A stretch of 64,000 nucleotides of DNA, from positions 124,001-188,000 of the forward strand of contig JBNJNM010000010.1 in assembly GCA_052426225.1 (NCBI GenBank). The letters are read 5' to 3'. The notes under the pieces were generated by a model. That model saw nothing but the letters and a program-made list of their open reading frames with translations. It ran no database searches and had not been told where the DNA came from. Both the position numbers and the translations under genes were made by a program. Positions within the stretch are counted from its first letter, which is position 1. Each line of letters starts with the position of its first letter. This stretch comes from Zancudomyces culisetae HAW-14-8. Taxonomy: Eukaryota; Fungi; Kickxellomycota. This document shows, one piece after another, positions 22,883-34,197 of this stretch.

Positions 22883-23566
22883 CTAATCAATGTCAACCAG
22901 CTCCATCTCGAAGTTTAGAGGCGTATTTGGGGGAATTCCTGCCTGAGGAACGCCCTTTTTCCCGTAAGCCCACTCAGCCTCAATGTTAACTACAGCTTTC
23001 TCTCCCTTTTGCATTGTAAGGAGTACTTCATCCCAACCCCGGATAACTCTGCCAGTGCCAACCTTGAATTTCAAAGGCTTGTCACCTTTTCCTTTGGCAG
23101 TAATATTTGTATCAAATACTTTGTTATCATTGAAATATCCCTTGTAGAACACAGAGACTAAATCACCTTTTCTAGGAGTGGTTCCAGAGCCTCTTTTAAC
23201 AACTGTCTTTTTGTACTTTGGAACCTGGGCCTCCTGATTTTGGCTAGCTTGTAGCTCATTTGCGGCGGCCTGTGAAGCGTCCTTTGTCGCTGTGGCAGCG
23301 GCAGCGTTTGTAGATTCCTTTTTAACAAGGGTCGCGTCTTGTTCATCCTCCGTCCTGAATTGCTGAGTTTCAAACAATCTGTTGTATGCCAAGATCAAAT
23401 CTGGTTTTTTGGCTGTTTTTACAACGTTTTGAATTTTGCCGTTTAGTTTGTTTTCGAGCAAAAACTTGTTACTAGCACTAGAATGAAGAAACTCTACAAT
23501 GTCCTTTTTGGACACTGCATCTGAGGCTATTTGCTCATCAGTCCACTTTTTCTCAACACTTGACAT
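22883..23566 (-). CDS. FKBP3: FKBP25/FKBP3-type peptidyl-prolyl isomerase (N-terminal BTHB domain + FKBP domain)
   Basis: N-terminal WTDEQIASDAVSKKDIVEFL..KLNGKIQNVVKTAKK..AYNRLFET. C-terminal FKBP motifs VFDTN, FKVGTGRVIRGWDE, EWAYGKKG, IPPN. Confidence 0.9.
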   Translation of the reverse strand: MSSVEKKWTDEQIASDAVSKKDIVEFLHSSASNKFLLENKLNGKIQNVVKTAKKPDLILAYNRLFETQQFRTEDEQDATLVKKESTNAAAATATKDASQAAANELQASQNQEAQVPKYKKTVVKRGSGTTPRKGDLVSVFYKGYFNDNKVFDTNITAKGKGDKPLKFKVGTGRVIRGWDEVLLTMQKGEKAVVNIEAEWAYGKKGVPQAGIPPNTPLNFEMELVDID

Positions 23567-23841
23567 GATATACTATATTTATGTTATTTGAATTTCGCTA
23601 AACATATAAAGGATAGAAAGTTTACTAACAATTGGATTAGGTAGTTTCAACACAAACTTGAATGGTGAAAAAAGTTTTTGGCAGCTTTGATAAATTGATC
23701 AGAAATAAATGCCTTTTGCTGGAATTTGAAAATACATGAGATGAAAATAGACATTTAAAGGGTATTTGGCCATTTGGTGTGTAAACGTGCAAGTTTTTAG
23801 GATTGAAGCGCATTAACGGAAAAATACAGAGCAAGGATTTT

Positions 23842-23843
<2 letters not shown>

Positions 23844-23875
<32 letters not shown>
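23844..23875. repeat. (TG)n microsatellite, about 16 units
   Basis: Direct observation. Confidence 0.95.
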
Positions 23876-23876
<1 letters not shown>

Positions 23877-24775
23877 TGTGGGCTTGAAAATCGGGTTTAT
23901 AGTACTCTAATATGGATAAATACAGGAAAAAGTATCTATATTAATAGTGCATTTTACCAAAAATGGAAAAGGCAGCATCTTTACAATATACTCAGATTAA
24001 CTGCTACTCAAAAACCGAGGAAAAATAAATAAATAAGCGCCTATACAAGAAAATAGTGGGTAAGTGAGGGCTGTATCTACTAATCTGGCTATGATATGTA
24101 GATGCTGGGATGTAGTGGCAACGACATAGTTTATACCACTAATCAATCCCGTTTATGCGGTGTTGTTCTGGTTTCATTCTCTAGAGTTTTTTTTTGGGTT
24201 TAGTGATCCTATTATAAAAAAAAAGAATAAAAAACGTGTAAAGTTTCCGAATATTTCTACTGATGATGCCGTAACTCGTTAGTTACAATACCATAAAAAT
24301 AGTACAAAGGGTTATATAAGCATTACTCCTATAACTGAAAAAAAGACAAACGAAAAGACATAGACCAAAGGGGTGGGGGAGGAAAGTAGAGGATTAAAAG
24401 TAGAATGGGCGAATATTTTAATTTGTATTTTATTTTTTTTGGTATTATTTCGTTATTTTTTTGCTAATTTCATTTCTGGTCTTGGCTATTATAGTAAAAT
24501 CAAATATTTCGGGCCAATCGATTCAGCCATAAATTTCTTCATTACAAATACAATCTAAAACCAACTAGAAAGAGGGAAAAGGAGAGAAATGGATGAGAAA
24601 TTTTTTAAATAACATTGTTAAAATGGAAAGCCTGATTATTGCAAATTTCTAGCTTGTATATTAGGAGCACAAAAACACATGTTGCATATTAATACTTTAA
24701 ATATTCAATAAACATACTTACAAGAAATTTTGCAAAGAAAGAAATAGAGGAAAGCGGATAGTGATACAGGGAAAA

Positions 24776-26574
24776 ATGGTGAACAATCCAATTCCACAAA
24801 GTTTAGAAAAAGAATGTTCCAAAGTAGCAAAGATATTGAATGCCTTTATAGGTAAGAAACGTTTTGGAAAACCATAAGCCTTTACAATACTCTTTCATTT
24901 TTTTCCAGTGTTTTATACGTTGTATGTGAGCTTTCGAAAAAGAGTGAAATAAAGAAATGTTACACAAAACTGTATATAACAAAATATGAATTAACTATAG
25001 ATCCTAGAACGGCCGAGGGACCAGACAAAATCATTCCTAGCACAATTTTAGAAAGATGCAAAGGTATCGCTGTATTAACCGTCATTAAAGGAGGTTTTAT
25101 ATGGTCAGGAAGGGCGGGATCAGGGTTGGTAATTGCAAGGTAAGATTAAGAACAAAATATTTAGCAGTTTGGATGTATTTTGTAGGGCTTTTTTTTTTAG
25201 AAAAAAATTGTGACAAAACTTACAAGTGAATGAAAATACTGAATTGTAACTAGGTTGCCTGATGGTAGTAAGTAACCGGATAGTTCAAACCGATAAACAT
25301 ATACGAGCTATTTTATATATAATAATGGGAATAAATATAAAGGAAGAGGAGGAAAAAAAGATAAACATGTTAACCTTGTTTCCGGGGGGCAAAAATAGGT
25401 TGGTCAGCGCCATCGGCTATCGGTACGGCAGGAGTGGGTTTTGGGGGGCAAATAGGAGCGGAGCTCACAGACTTTGTAATGATATTGAATACAAGCAGCG
25501 CAGTAAGGGCGTTCAGTCATGGAGGCAATGTTACATTAGGGGGAAATATAGGAAGTAAGTATACTGAGTATTTTTCAGACATTCTTTAAAACGTATATGG
25601 AGTGAGAAGAACAAAAACAAAACCAGATATATAAATGATAATAGTTGCAGCAGGGCCGATAGGAAGAAGCGCGGAGGTGAGCGGAGCATTGTTAAACGTA
25701 GCACCCGTATTTTCATATAGCAAAACCAAGGGGTTGTTTGCTGGAATATCGCTAGAAGGGTCAGCGATACTTGAGAGGAAAGACGCAAACGAAAAGTTTT
25801 ATGGGCGGCGAGTGAGTGCACGTGCATTGTTGGCGGGTGAGATACCAGCACCACCAGCAGCAAGTATGATATATCGAGCACTCGAGTTAAAATCAGGGAT
25901 ATCAACAAGCGGTAGGTCAAGTATAAGAAGCGGCTCATACCGATCATCAGAACCTGTAGAGGATATAAAAGAAACTGGATCGACGTACAATCGCAGTGAT
26001 TCTCGGTATCATCTTAGCGGATCGCAAAGCAGATATGGAAGTCGGGGTACTGATAGCGGAATAGGTGAATACGCTGGAAGGTCGGCGTTGAACAGATCGA
26101 TTCTCGATTCGCCTGAAAAATCCTTTTCAGCGCCACTACCAAAGTACGAAAATTCCACACCTGGATATGGCGGATATCCGCGCGAGAAAGCAAGTTTGAC
26201 ACCTGGGTTTCCCAATCCACCCTCCAGCACACCCTTTAGCACATCTTCATCGCAGAAAAGAAGACCACCGCCGCCACCACCACCACCAGCTCCTGCAGCT
26301 CCACAACCAAAAGATACTGAAGTCAGGGTGTTGGCGCTATATGCGTTTTCCGGACAAACAGATGGTGATTTGAGCTTTAGTAAGGGGGATGTGATAACTG
26401 TGGTTAAAAAGACCGATAGCCAAGACGATTGGTGGGACGGATCATTGAATGGAAAAGTTGGACAGGTAATTTATTCTTGTCAGATTTTTATCGCTTTATT
26501 TTATATATATATTAAACTATAACTGTTGAATTATATGCAAATAGTTTCCAGCAAACTATGTCAAACTCCTATAA
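24776..26574 (+). CDS. YSC84: Ysc84/Lsb3/SH3YL1 actin-binding protein (SYLF domain + SH3), 6 exons
   Basis: MVNNPIPQSLEKECSK..GFIWSGRAGSGLVIARLPDGSWSAP..GGQIGAELTDFV..YSKTKGLFAGISLEG, a polyproline stretch, and SH3 ALYAFSGQTDGDLSF..DDWWDG..FPANYV. Confidence 0.95.
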
Positions 26575-27194
26575 AATACGGATAAGAGCGGGAGGGTGTA
26601 ATGTGTGACTATAAGATTTTATATTTAAGTTATACTCAAGTTCAATTTTCTTTTCTCTTTTTTCTTTTTTCTTTTTTCTTTTTATATATATTGAGATGGC
26701 ATATGTTATTTAAGATTTGGTGTTTTTCTTTTAATATAGCCAAAAACTCTTTTTTTTTGGTGGGGGGAGGTTTTATTTAGAAAATAAAGAGATTAAAATG
26801 TTTTATAATTTAAATTGATTCCGAAGTGAAGGTACATGTTTGTACATACAGTTTGTTTTTTTCTGTAAATGCATAGAGAAGATGTAGCATATATCTTTAA
26901 CAAAGGTTTTTTACCATGTTTATTTTGTTTTAATTATCTTTGTTTTTGTTAATATTTATTTAGTAAGTAGATTTTTGGTTTAAATAAAAAATTTTTTTTG
27001 TAATAAATTTGGAAAAAGGAATAGAGCAAATAGGAAATATAGTGGCAATACTGACAAAAGTGATATCAGAAAGGTTGAAATTACAGTTGAAATTATAGTT
27101 GAAATTAAAATTAAAATTAGAGATTATTATACTATAAATTATTTTATTTTATTTTATTGTCAATCTAAAATAAAAAAAACAAAAAGAGCGAAAA

Positions 27195-27582
27195 ATGAAG
27201 TTCAGTCCAGAAATCAACAAAAAGTACGGCTATACACCACCAAAGGTGCCACGATTCAACAAAATCACCAGCAAAGTCTTGGGCGCCTCCTTGTTTCTGT
27301 GGGTAATGTACAGATTTAAACAGGAAGGAGCAGTGCTACTGGTAAAATATTTTATTTTGCTTTTATCTTGTTTTTATTTTTATTTTTATTGCTAGTCTAA
27401 TTTGACTGTTGTAGCAAGTTAAATGTATTGGGGATGAGATGAGATAGGCTGTGTGTATGTGTGAATGTGTGAATTTGTGTGTTTACTATTTTATTTTATT
27501 TTATTTTATTAACTTTTATTGAATCAAATGTTGTTGTAAATGATAATAGAAACAAAAGCATCCTTGGGATAACCATCACTAA
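27195..27582 (+). CDS. Complex I accessory subunit NDUFB2-like (2 exons: 27195-27341, 27550-27582)
   Basis: PPKV..NKITSKVLGASLFLWVMYRFKQEGAVLL|KQKHPWDNHH matches the fungal NDUFB2-type LGA..W.W..YR.K.DG..LLG..HPW pattern. Confidence 0.8.
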
Positions 27583-27625
27583 TTAATCAACAAACCATTG
27601 AAAACGATAAGGAAGCGTGTAGACA

Positions 27626-27650
27626 GGGGGGGAGGGGGAGGGGGAGGGGG
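27626..27650 (+). repeat. (GGGGGA)n G-quadruplex-capable tract
   Basis: G7AG5AG5AG5, starting about 43 nt after the NDUFB2 stop. Confidence 0.9.
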
Positions 27651-27901
27651 TAGTGCAGATATCGATTGATATTGTTTTTCTTTTCTTTTTTTTTTTTTTT
27701 CCCCCAGCTTTATCATGAGTGCTATTCTGTTAACAAATAAATAAACACATATTTATTAGCATAATAAAAACAATTTAAAGTTTTAATTCAAAATGGAAAC
27801 GGAGAGAGGGAGTGAGTAAGGGGGGGGGGGGGGGGGGTTTAATATTATATTTATTTTGCGTAAAACAAGAAAAGGAAAAGTAGTAAAAGTAAAAGATAGG
27901 A

Positions 27902-30900
27902 TTATTGGTCATCCTTTTTGTCGTATCGAGTATTTGCAATATCAGTATCAACAGTGTTGAAAGCTTTATTCATTGTCTTTTTGTATTGTGCATCAGCATC
28001 AAGCTGTTTGTCCAGATTGAGTTTGTTGAGGAAAGCAGAATCCTTACGAAGTTCCTTGACGGCACCACGCAGCTGTTCTTTGTACTGTCGTTTCAGAGCA
28101 CTAGCACTATTGTTATTTCTGCTATCAAGGTAAAAAGAGGAAGAGTAGGAGAATTTAGGTGCGATTGAACGAATAGCCAGTGGTTTGTGGGCTTGAAGTT
28201 TTAGGAATTGGTAGTTGTGTTGTGGGGAGAAGGTGGAAGAAGAAGGATTTATCTGAGAAATAAGGGAATTTACAAGTAGAGAGAGATCCTTGACGATGGA
28301 GGTAGAGTTTGACGATTCCTTTGACTTTGATTTTTTGTTGGTTTTCATAAGCTGAGGTAGTAGAGATAATATTGAACCAAGTTTTGCAGACATTGGTGTC
28401 AGAATATATTCGTGGAATGAGGGATTTTGAGAGGCAAAAGGTGCATTGTTATACAACCTAGTAAACCGTTGCAAAAGCGTTAGGGTTGAAGTTACAATGT
28501 ATCCATTTAGTTCTCCAGCGTTTGATGGTTTTTCGCTGTTCTTTTGAGGTCGTCTTTGTGAGAACAAAGGTAAAGATTGTAGTACTGAAAAGTTGATTCT
28601 GGCAAATCCACCATCAGCATCATTGTTGATAACTAAAATCCTATCTTTGGAGCCAGAGCTAGAGTTAGAGTTAGAGTTAGAGTTAGAGTCAGCGTCAGAT
28701 TCAGATTCAAGATCAAGAATGAATTGTAAAAGAGAATCAAGACGCTTAATAACTTCAGGAATATATCTTGCAGACAACCTAATGGAATCATGAAGAATAG
28801 ACATGATCAACAAGTGCTTGAATATTACAGAGTAGTTTCTGGTAGTGTAGGCATCGCTACCCAAACTAAGAGTTCTGCACAGAATTAGCACTGTGGGGGT
28901 AACAATGTAGTGGTGTTTATCTGACGAGCTGTACACCATCAACACTAGTTTCAATGCAAAGATATCACCAAAAGTTAACAGTGTTGATGATGGTGAACCG
29001 GCTGTTGTTGTCTCAAGTGCCAATAGATGCTTGAGGTATTGCCGGATATACTCGCAACAATGCTCAGGAACCATATTTACTAGCTGGCAAATAGATTTGA
29101 AAAGCGCATCAACTACTCGTTTATCTACACTTGGCGCAGTTACTGCATTTCTATTGTTGTTATTGACATAGGCCTTTAGATATTCAAACAAAATACAAAA
29201 CAACTTTTCGGCAATCGACTTGTTTTGTGGACTCACTTTGGTATTATATAACATTAACAATCGCTCTATTATTGTCACTGTTATTGGTTTTTCTTCACCA
29301 TTCTCATTCTCATCATCATCATCACCATCTTTGTTACTTTCATGGCTTTGAGTTGAGTATGTTGTTGTAAGCTCTACAAATTCTTTATAGGTTTTTGGTG
29401 CTGGAAATACAAATGGAAGTTCATTTACTTGATCTTTACTACCACTACCACTAGCACTATTATTGTTTTTGTTGATATTATTTGTAATCGAAAATGCCGT
29501 ATTTTTCTTTGTAATTTTAACTATTCCTTCTTCATCACTAAAATAGTTTTCTTCTTGTCCATTTTTTCCGTTTCTACTAGACAATCCTTTACCAAAACTG
29601 ATAACATTCTTGTTATATTCATCATCCTCGTCATCATCATCATCATCACCGCCTTCAGAGTCGGATCCTGATTCTGTATCTGAATCCAATCCTTGCATTC
29701 TTCTGATTCTGTGTCGTTCATTTCGTTCCAACTTTTCTTTTCTTTCAACCGCCAATTCCTCCTCAGTCTTCAATCGATCTTGTGGATTGGCTCGCTTGCT
29801 ATTATCAAATCCCAGTTGTTTGACGTTGCTATCATATGCATCCACTTGTGTTGGTTGCTGTTTTGCCCCAAACATTGAACCCCTTCCATCGTTGCTTTCT
29901 TTTTGCTTTTCATTACTCTCCTTTATCGCCACAGACAACAATTGTTTGATATCTTGATACTCATCATCTAGCTCCTCAATTATATCCAAATCGTTTTGTT
30001 TGGTCAACTGCCGCTCATATTTGTGTAGCTTGGATTTTGCTATAACTTCCTTCATTATCTGTGCCTTGCTCTTTTTTACCTTTTCTTCACCTTCATTTTC
30101 ACCATGACCATGACCATAGCCATAACCATTATCACCTTCTCTATTACTACCGCTATTTACAACTTTAAAGCCTCCAAAATGATCGTGTGTCACTGTCTCT
30201 GCATCAATGTTGCTGTTTTCTCCTCTTGCGTCGTCACTAGATAAATCCTCATAATTACCCATCATCTCATAGTCATCGAGCTCAGTAAGCCTTTTGCCTC
30301 CGTGAGTCAGTTCAAAGCCCATGCTGCCACCATATTCGTCCTCGTAACCACTGTTACCCTCTCCCTCGCTGTCTTCACCATCACTCAAATTAAATTTATC
30401 ATTCTTTCGCTTTCTCTTACTCACTGCTTGTCGTTCCGCAGTGTATCTCTGTAACATCTTTTCTTCAAAACTCAGCTTCTCATTGTTCTCTCCAAACCGC
30501 CGATCTCTTATTCCTCCTACTTTGTGCTTACTCTCCAACTCACTGACCAATGTCTTTTCTCGCTTCTCCAGTCCCAATTGTCGACTAACTCCTGGTAAAC
30601 CATACTGACTTCGTATACGTTTGCCTGTTACTCCCTTATTGTTCCCGCTTCCTTGTCCAACCACTTCAAATTTCTTACTAGGGTTGGCTTTTATATCAAA
30701 CGGATTAGTGATTTCCACTTGCAGTCGCTTCAACTTGTTCGCCAACTGTTTTGGCAAGGTACTACCTGTAGCGCCACTCCCCCCGCTCCCAAAGAGCCCA
30801 TTCTTCTTTTGGCGCTGTCGCTCTTTCTTTGTCACCTTGTTTTTACCTCCACTACCCAGCTTTCCGGCCTCATTGAGTTGTGCCTTTAGTTTTTTTAATG

Positions 30901-30934
30901 CTGATTGTTTACCACTATTTCCCTTAGCCCCCAT
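27902..30934 (-). CDS. NOP14: Nucleolar 40S biogenesis protein Nop14
   Basis: NPFD..KFEV, GGIRDRRFGE, EEKMLQRY, LTHGG, HFGG, KSKAQIMKEVIAKSKLHK, DRLKTEEE, ELPFVF, RGAVKELRKDSAF. Confidence 0.95.
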   Translation of the reverse strand: MGAKGNSGKQSALKKLKAQLNEAGKLGSGGKNKVTKKERQRQKKNGLFGSGGSGATGSTLPKQLANKLKRLQVEITNPFDIKANPSKKFEVVGQGSGNNKGVTGKRIRSQYGLPGVSRQLGLEKREKTLVSELESKHKVGGIRDRRFGENNEKLSFEEKMLQRYTAERQAVSKRKRKNDKFNLSDGEDSEGEGNSGYEDEYGGSMGFELTHGGKRLTELDDYEMMGNYEDLSSDDARGENSNIDAETVTHDHFGGFKVVNSGSNREGDNGYGYGHGHGENEGEEKVKKSKAQIMKEVIAKSKLHKYERQLTKQNDLDIIEELDDEYQDIKQLLSVAIKESNEKQKESNDGRGSMFGAKQQPTQVDAYDSNVKQLGFDNSKRANPQDRLKTEEELAVERKEKLERNERHRIRRMQGLDSDTESGSDSEGGDDDDDDEDDEYNKNVISFGKGLSSRNGKNGQEENYFSDEEGIVKITKKNTAFSITNNINKNNNSASGSGSKDQVNELPFVFPAPKTYKEFVELTTTYSTQSHESNKDGDDDDENENGEEKPITVTIIERLLMLYNTKVSPQNKSIAEKLFCILFEYLKAYVNNNNRNAVTAPSVDKRVVDALFKSICQLVNMVPEHCCEYIRQYLKHLLALETTTAGSPSSTLLTFGDIFALKLVLMVYSSSDKHHYIVTPTVLILCRTLSLGSDAYTTRNYSVIFKHLLIMSILHDSIRLSARYIPEVIKRLDSLLQFILDLESESDADSNSNSNSNSSSGSKDRILVINNDADGGFARINFSVLQSLPLFSQRRPQKNSEKPSNAGELNGYIVTSTLTLLQRFTRLYNNAPFASQNPSFHEYILTPMSAKLGSILSLLPQLMKTNKKSKSKESSNSTSIVKDLSLLVNSLISQINPSSSTFSPQHNYQFLKLQAHKPLAIRSIAPKFSYSSSFYLDSRNNNSASALKRQYKEQLRGAVKELRKDSAFLNKLNLDKQLDADAQYKKTMNKAFNTVDTDIANTRYDKKDDQ

Positions 30935-31265
30935 TTCTATTCTTTCTTTTGTCTACTTTATTGGAGCTATTCTATTCATTCATTTGGTTGATCGTTTTGT
31001 TCGATCGTTATATACTTAGCTTTCTTTAAATAAAAAAATAAAAAAATTTTATATTGCTGTAAAAATATTTCTTTTTTTTTTCTTTTTTTCATCAAAATCG
31101 ATTTTCAAATACTACCAAAAAAAAAAAATTTTTTTTAGCTATAGTTGTCTTTTTTTATAAACCATATATTCTGCCAATTTGGTGTACTATAAATCAATCA
31201 AATACCAAAGAACAATAAAAAAATAAACAGTAGTGAAAAGGTTTGGTAATTTTAATAAAGCTTAA

Positions 31266-32619
31266 TCATAAAATATGTGAAAAACTGTCATTGAACATTC
31301 GAATATCATCATCCTCATAGTTCTCTAATAAAAGCCTATAAACATACGAAGGTAAATGTCCCCCCAAGTGATCTACCAAAGTATCAATCAACTCGGGCGC
31401 CACATAGTCATATATTGGGCTGACTAGTTCTATATCAGTCGCCAATTCTTCACCATAGCTGTACATATTTTCAGGTGCTACAAGTGTTGTTAGATTATCC
31501 TGATCAAACGGGTATCGCGGTGTTAGTTTGTACAGCGCTGCACATACAACTACAGGAGTCGAGTGATGTTTGGCTGACAATGCAATTGATTGAGCCCCAA
31601 CCCCTGAAACCACACCTCCGTTGGCCAGCACCAATCTTGCACCCAATATCACTTTATTTACACGTGACATTATTGCAAAAGTAGCAGAGTCAGGAATCAC
31701 TATTGCCTCAATGTTTGCACTTGCCAACAGTTTGGCCATCCGATGTCCTGTATAACTTGGTGCACATTCAGTTATATATACGCTAAACCGCCGTTTCCGA
31801 CTTGCATGCTTCAAAAACCGCTCCACAGTCTTTGAGTACCCACATGTCATGATTATTTCGTTCGTGTGGATATATTGTGGTGCGTGGCTTGCTATATTTG
31901 GAAATGTATTGCCCAACTCCTCAATGAAATCTCCTATTTCCTGCACTATGTTTGATCGCAAATCTTCAAACTCTGAAAACCTCGCCGCTTGTCCCATCTC
32001 CCATTCTCCATCCCCGTCCTTGTCCTTCTCCCTGTCCTCCCTGTTTTTTACAAGCTGTACCTTACTCCCTGACTGAACATGCCCTATTCCTCCTCCTACT
32101 CCTTCAATTTCGCTTATTCTTCCCTTCTGTCTTAGCTCAGTTGCGGTTTCTACTCTAATTATCTTTAGCATTCTACATGCCACATTCACTATTACTATCT
32201 CTATTTATACAAACATGTAAAGTTTTAATCACCCGCTCACTTATAATTCGTACCTTGATCATATAAACTGCATAATTTCTTGCTTAAAGCTTACCACTAG
32301 GATGCGACCTTATCAATCTTCTACATTGTTCTCTAATCATTTCCACCAGCTCGCTGACTCTGTCGCATTTCGAATTACTCACTATCTTGTATATTAATTT
32401 CGCAGTGCTTATCGCCACATCTATCGATCCTGTAACTTCTCTATTTTATTTATATTCACTAGAAGTTTAGAAAATCGTTTCAATATCATTTTTTTATTTA
32501 TTATTCGTCCAACCACTCGCACCCATGTAAATGCAAATACTATTCATATTTTCCACTTGCTTTCTCTTGAGCTCTGATATCAGTATATCCGTCAAATGAT
32601 TTGCGTCATTTGGCTGCAT
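31266..32619 (-). CDS. GCD7: Translation initiation factor eIF2B beta subunit, 3 exons
   Basis: IHTNEIIMTCGYSKTVERFL, TECAPSYTG, IPDSATFAIMSRVNKVILG, LANGG, YKLTP, PIYDYV, PSYVYRLL. The 5' exons give ELKRK-EVTGSIDVA..HPS-EIV. Confidence 0.93.
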
Positions 32620-32780
32620 TTTCGTCGCGTTGTTTTTTTTTTAAAAAAAAATTTAGTTTGTTGTGTGTTTATTTGATTCTGCCTTGTATCCTTATGTTTA
32701 AAAACTTGATAGTTTATATATAATATGTTATTCTATTTAAAATGAATCAACATTAATATAGGCAAATTATACTCCAATGT

Positions 32781-34197
32781 TTATTTGCAGTCAGCCTTTT
32801 CAAAAGATTTTTCAAACAATTGCAAATGAATAAAAAAAAAGTATGAAAAAAAAAACGTTGATATGGAAAGAAAAAAATAAACCTGATGGAGCAAGAATAA
32901 GACCATAAAACAAAACCTTATGGTAATGTCAGAATTCCCGATACCAAACACTATTCCTCTTTCATCCCACCCAACTATAAATGCAAATGACATCCTTTCA
33001 GTGTTAAACCAAAGCCCCGGGTTTCCCTTGCTGTCTAAACACATAACACCACCAATACCGCTAACCTCGCTTTCCATATGTTCAAATGATTCCCGTGCAC
33101 ACTTCTTTACACTTTCAGCAAAACTTGGCGCGCTAGTATTGTCTCCCATACCATATATTTTTGATTCACCCAAGATTATTTAGTCTACTGGGTTTTTCAC
33201 AAGCATTACGTGTAAAATATCTTCTCCATACCCTCGTTGTTGCTGCTCCACAGCCATTTTTTGCGTATCCACCTGCACCCCAGATTGGGTGTATCACCTA
33301 CTCTAGTTACGTATCATCGCCAAGTGATCTATGCTAAGCAACTTACCTCCCGGGCATTTTCATATCCACTCCGCCTGTGCATAGTACAACTGATCCGAGC
33401 ACCCCCCCCCCCCCTTATGTTTCCCAACTTTTTGTCTACCCTTGCTTTATTAGCGGCTTGAAATGCTGCACCTATTTTTCACTCAAATTCTTCTATCTGC
33501 TTATGTGTACCTTTTGCCTGTGTACTCTGCTCAAGATTTTTCTTGTGATTTTTTAATCGTTTAGAAACAATCAAATCCTCCAAATCTACCTGCTTTTCAT
33601 CCGTTTCCTTTGCGAATTTGTTTGCTCCTTGACCGACAAGCTGTACATGTGCCGTTTTGTTCCTTACTGCTTTTGCCACTTTTACTGAACGTAACACATG
33701 TCTCAATCCAATTACGCCGCTAAAATTATACTTATTTTCGGCTATAAATGCATTCATTTCTATGCATCCACCTGCGTTTAGAGCTGAATCTCTTCCACAA
33801 TTTAACACCGGATGCTCTTCCATTATTTCTACTACTTTTTGTGCAACATCTATGGCTCTGTGATGTGTTTCTCCCTCTTCAGTTAGCAGCTTATAATCAT
33901 ACTCACATGTCTGTGTCATCCCATCAATAAATTTCTGTGTTTCTTTACCAGAGATGGTTCCTGCACCTTTTTGTTCATTCGTTTATTAATTATAAGTTTA
34001 GTTTTATTTTTCTCGGCGACAATCCTTGCTTTTATTAGTCGGTCTCATTTCTAGTGAGTGAAAATATATACAGTTTACAACTTACCTCCGTGCACAGTAA
34101 TAAATACCTTTTGGGTCAGCAACTCAATTGGGATCTCAGGTAACTCAGCTTGAGTTTTTAGCGAATATTTTCTTTTTATTTGTCCCGGACCTGACAT
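32781..34197 (-). pseudogene. Isoaspartyl peptidase/L-asparaginase (type-2 Ntn hydrolase) pseudogene
   Basis: ITVHGG|AG, TGG..KMPG|RVGDTP..GAGGYA, TGYGE, GGV..LDSKG..FNT..M motifs are present. Disrupted by TGA at 33479-81, a frameshift at a G13 run (about 33402-33414), a +1 frameshift at about 33234 and TAA at about 33180. Confidence 0.88.

Noticed and set aside
31040-31140. RRPE-like AAAATTTT motifs upstream of NOP14
   Set aside because: Indistinguishable from the background poly-A/poly-T tracts found throughout the window
33479-33481. In-frame TGA beside the asparaginase nucleophile position as selenocysteine or readthrough
   Set aside because: The gene also has frameshifts, a TAA stop and loss of the catalytic Thr, and no SECIS was recognised. 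Simple decay explains it.
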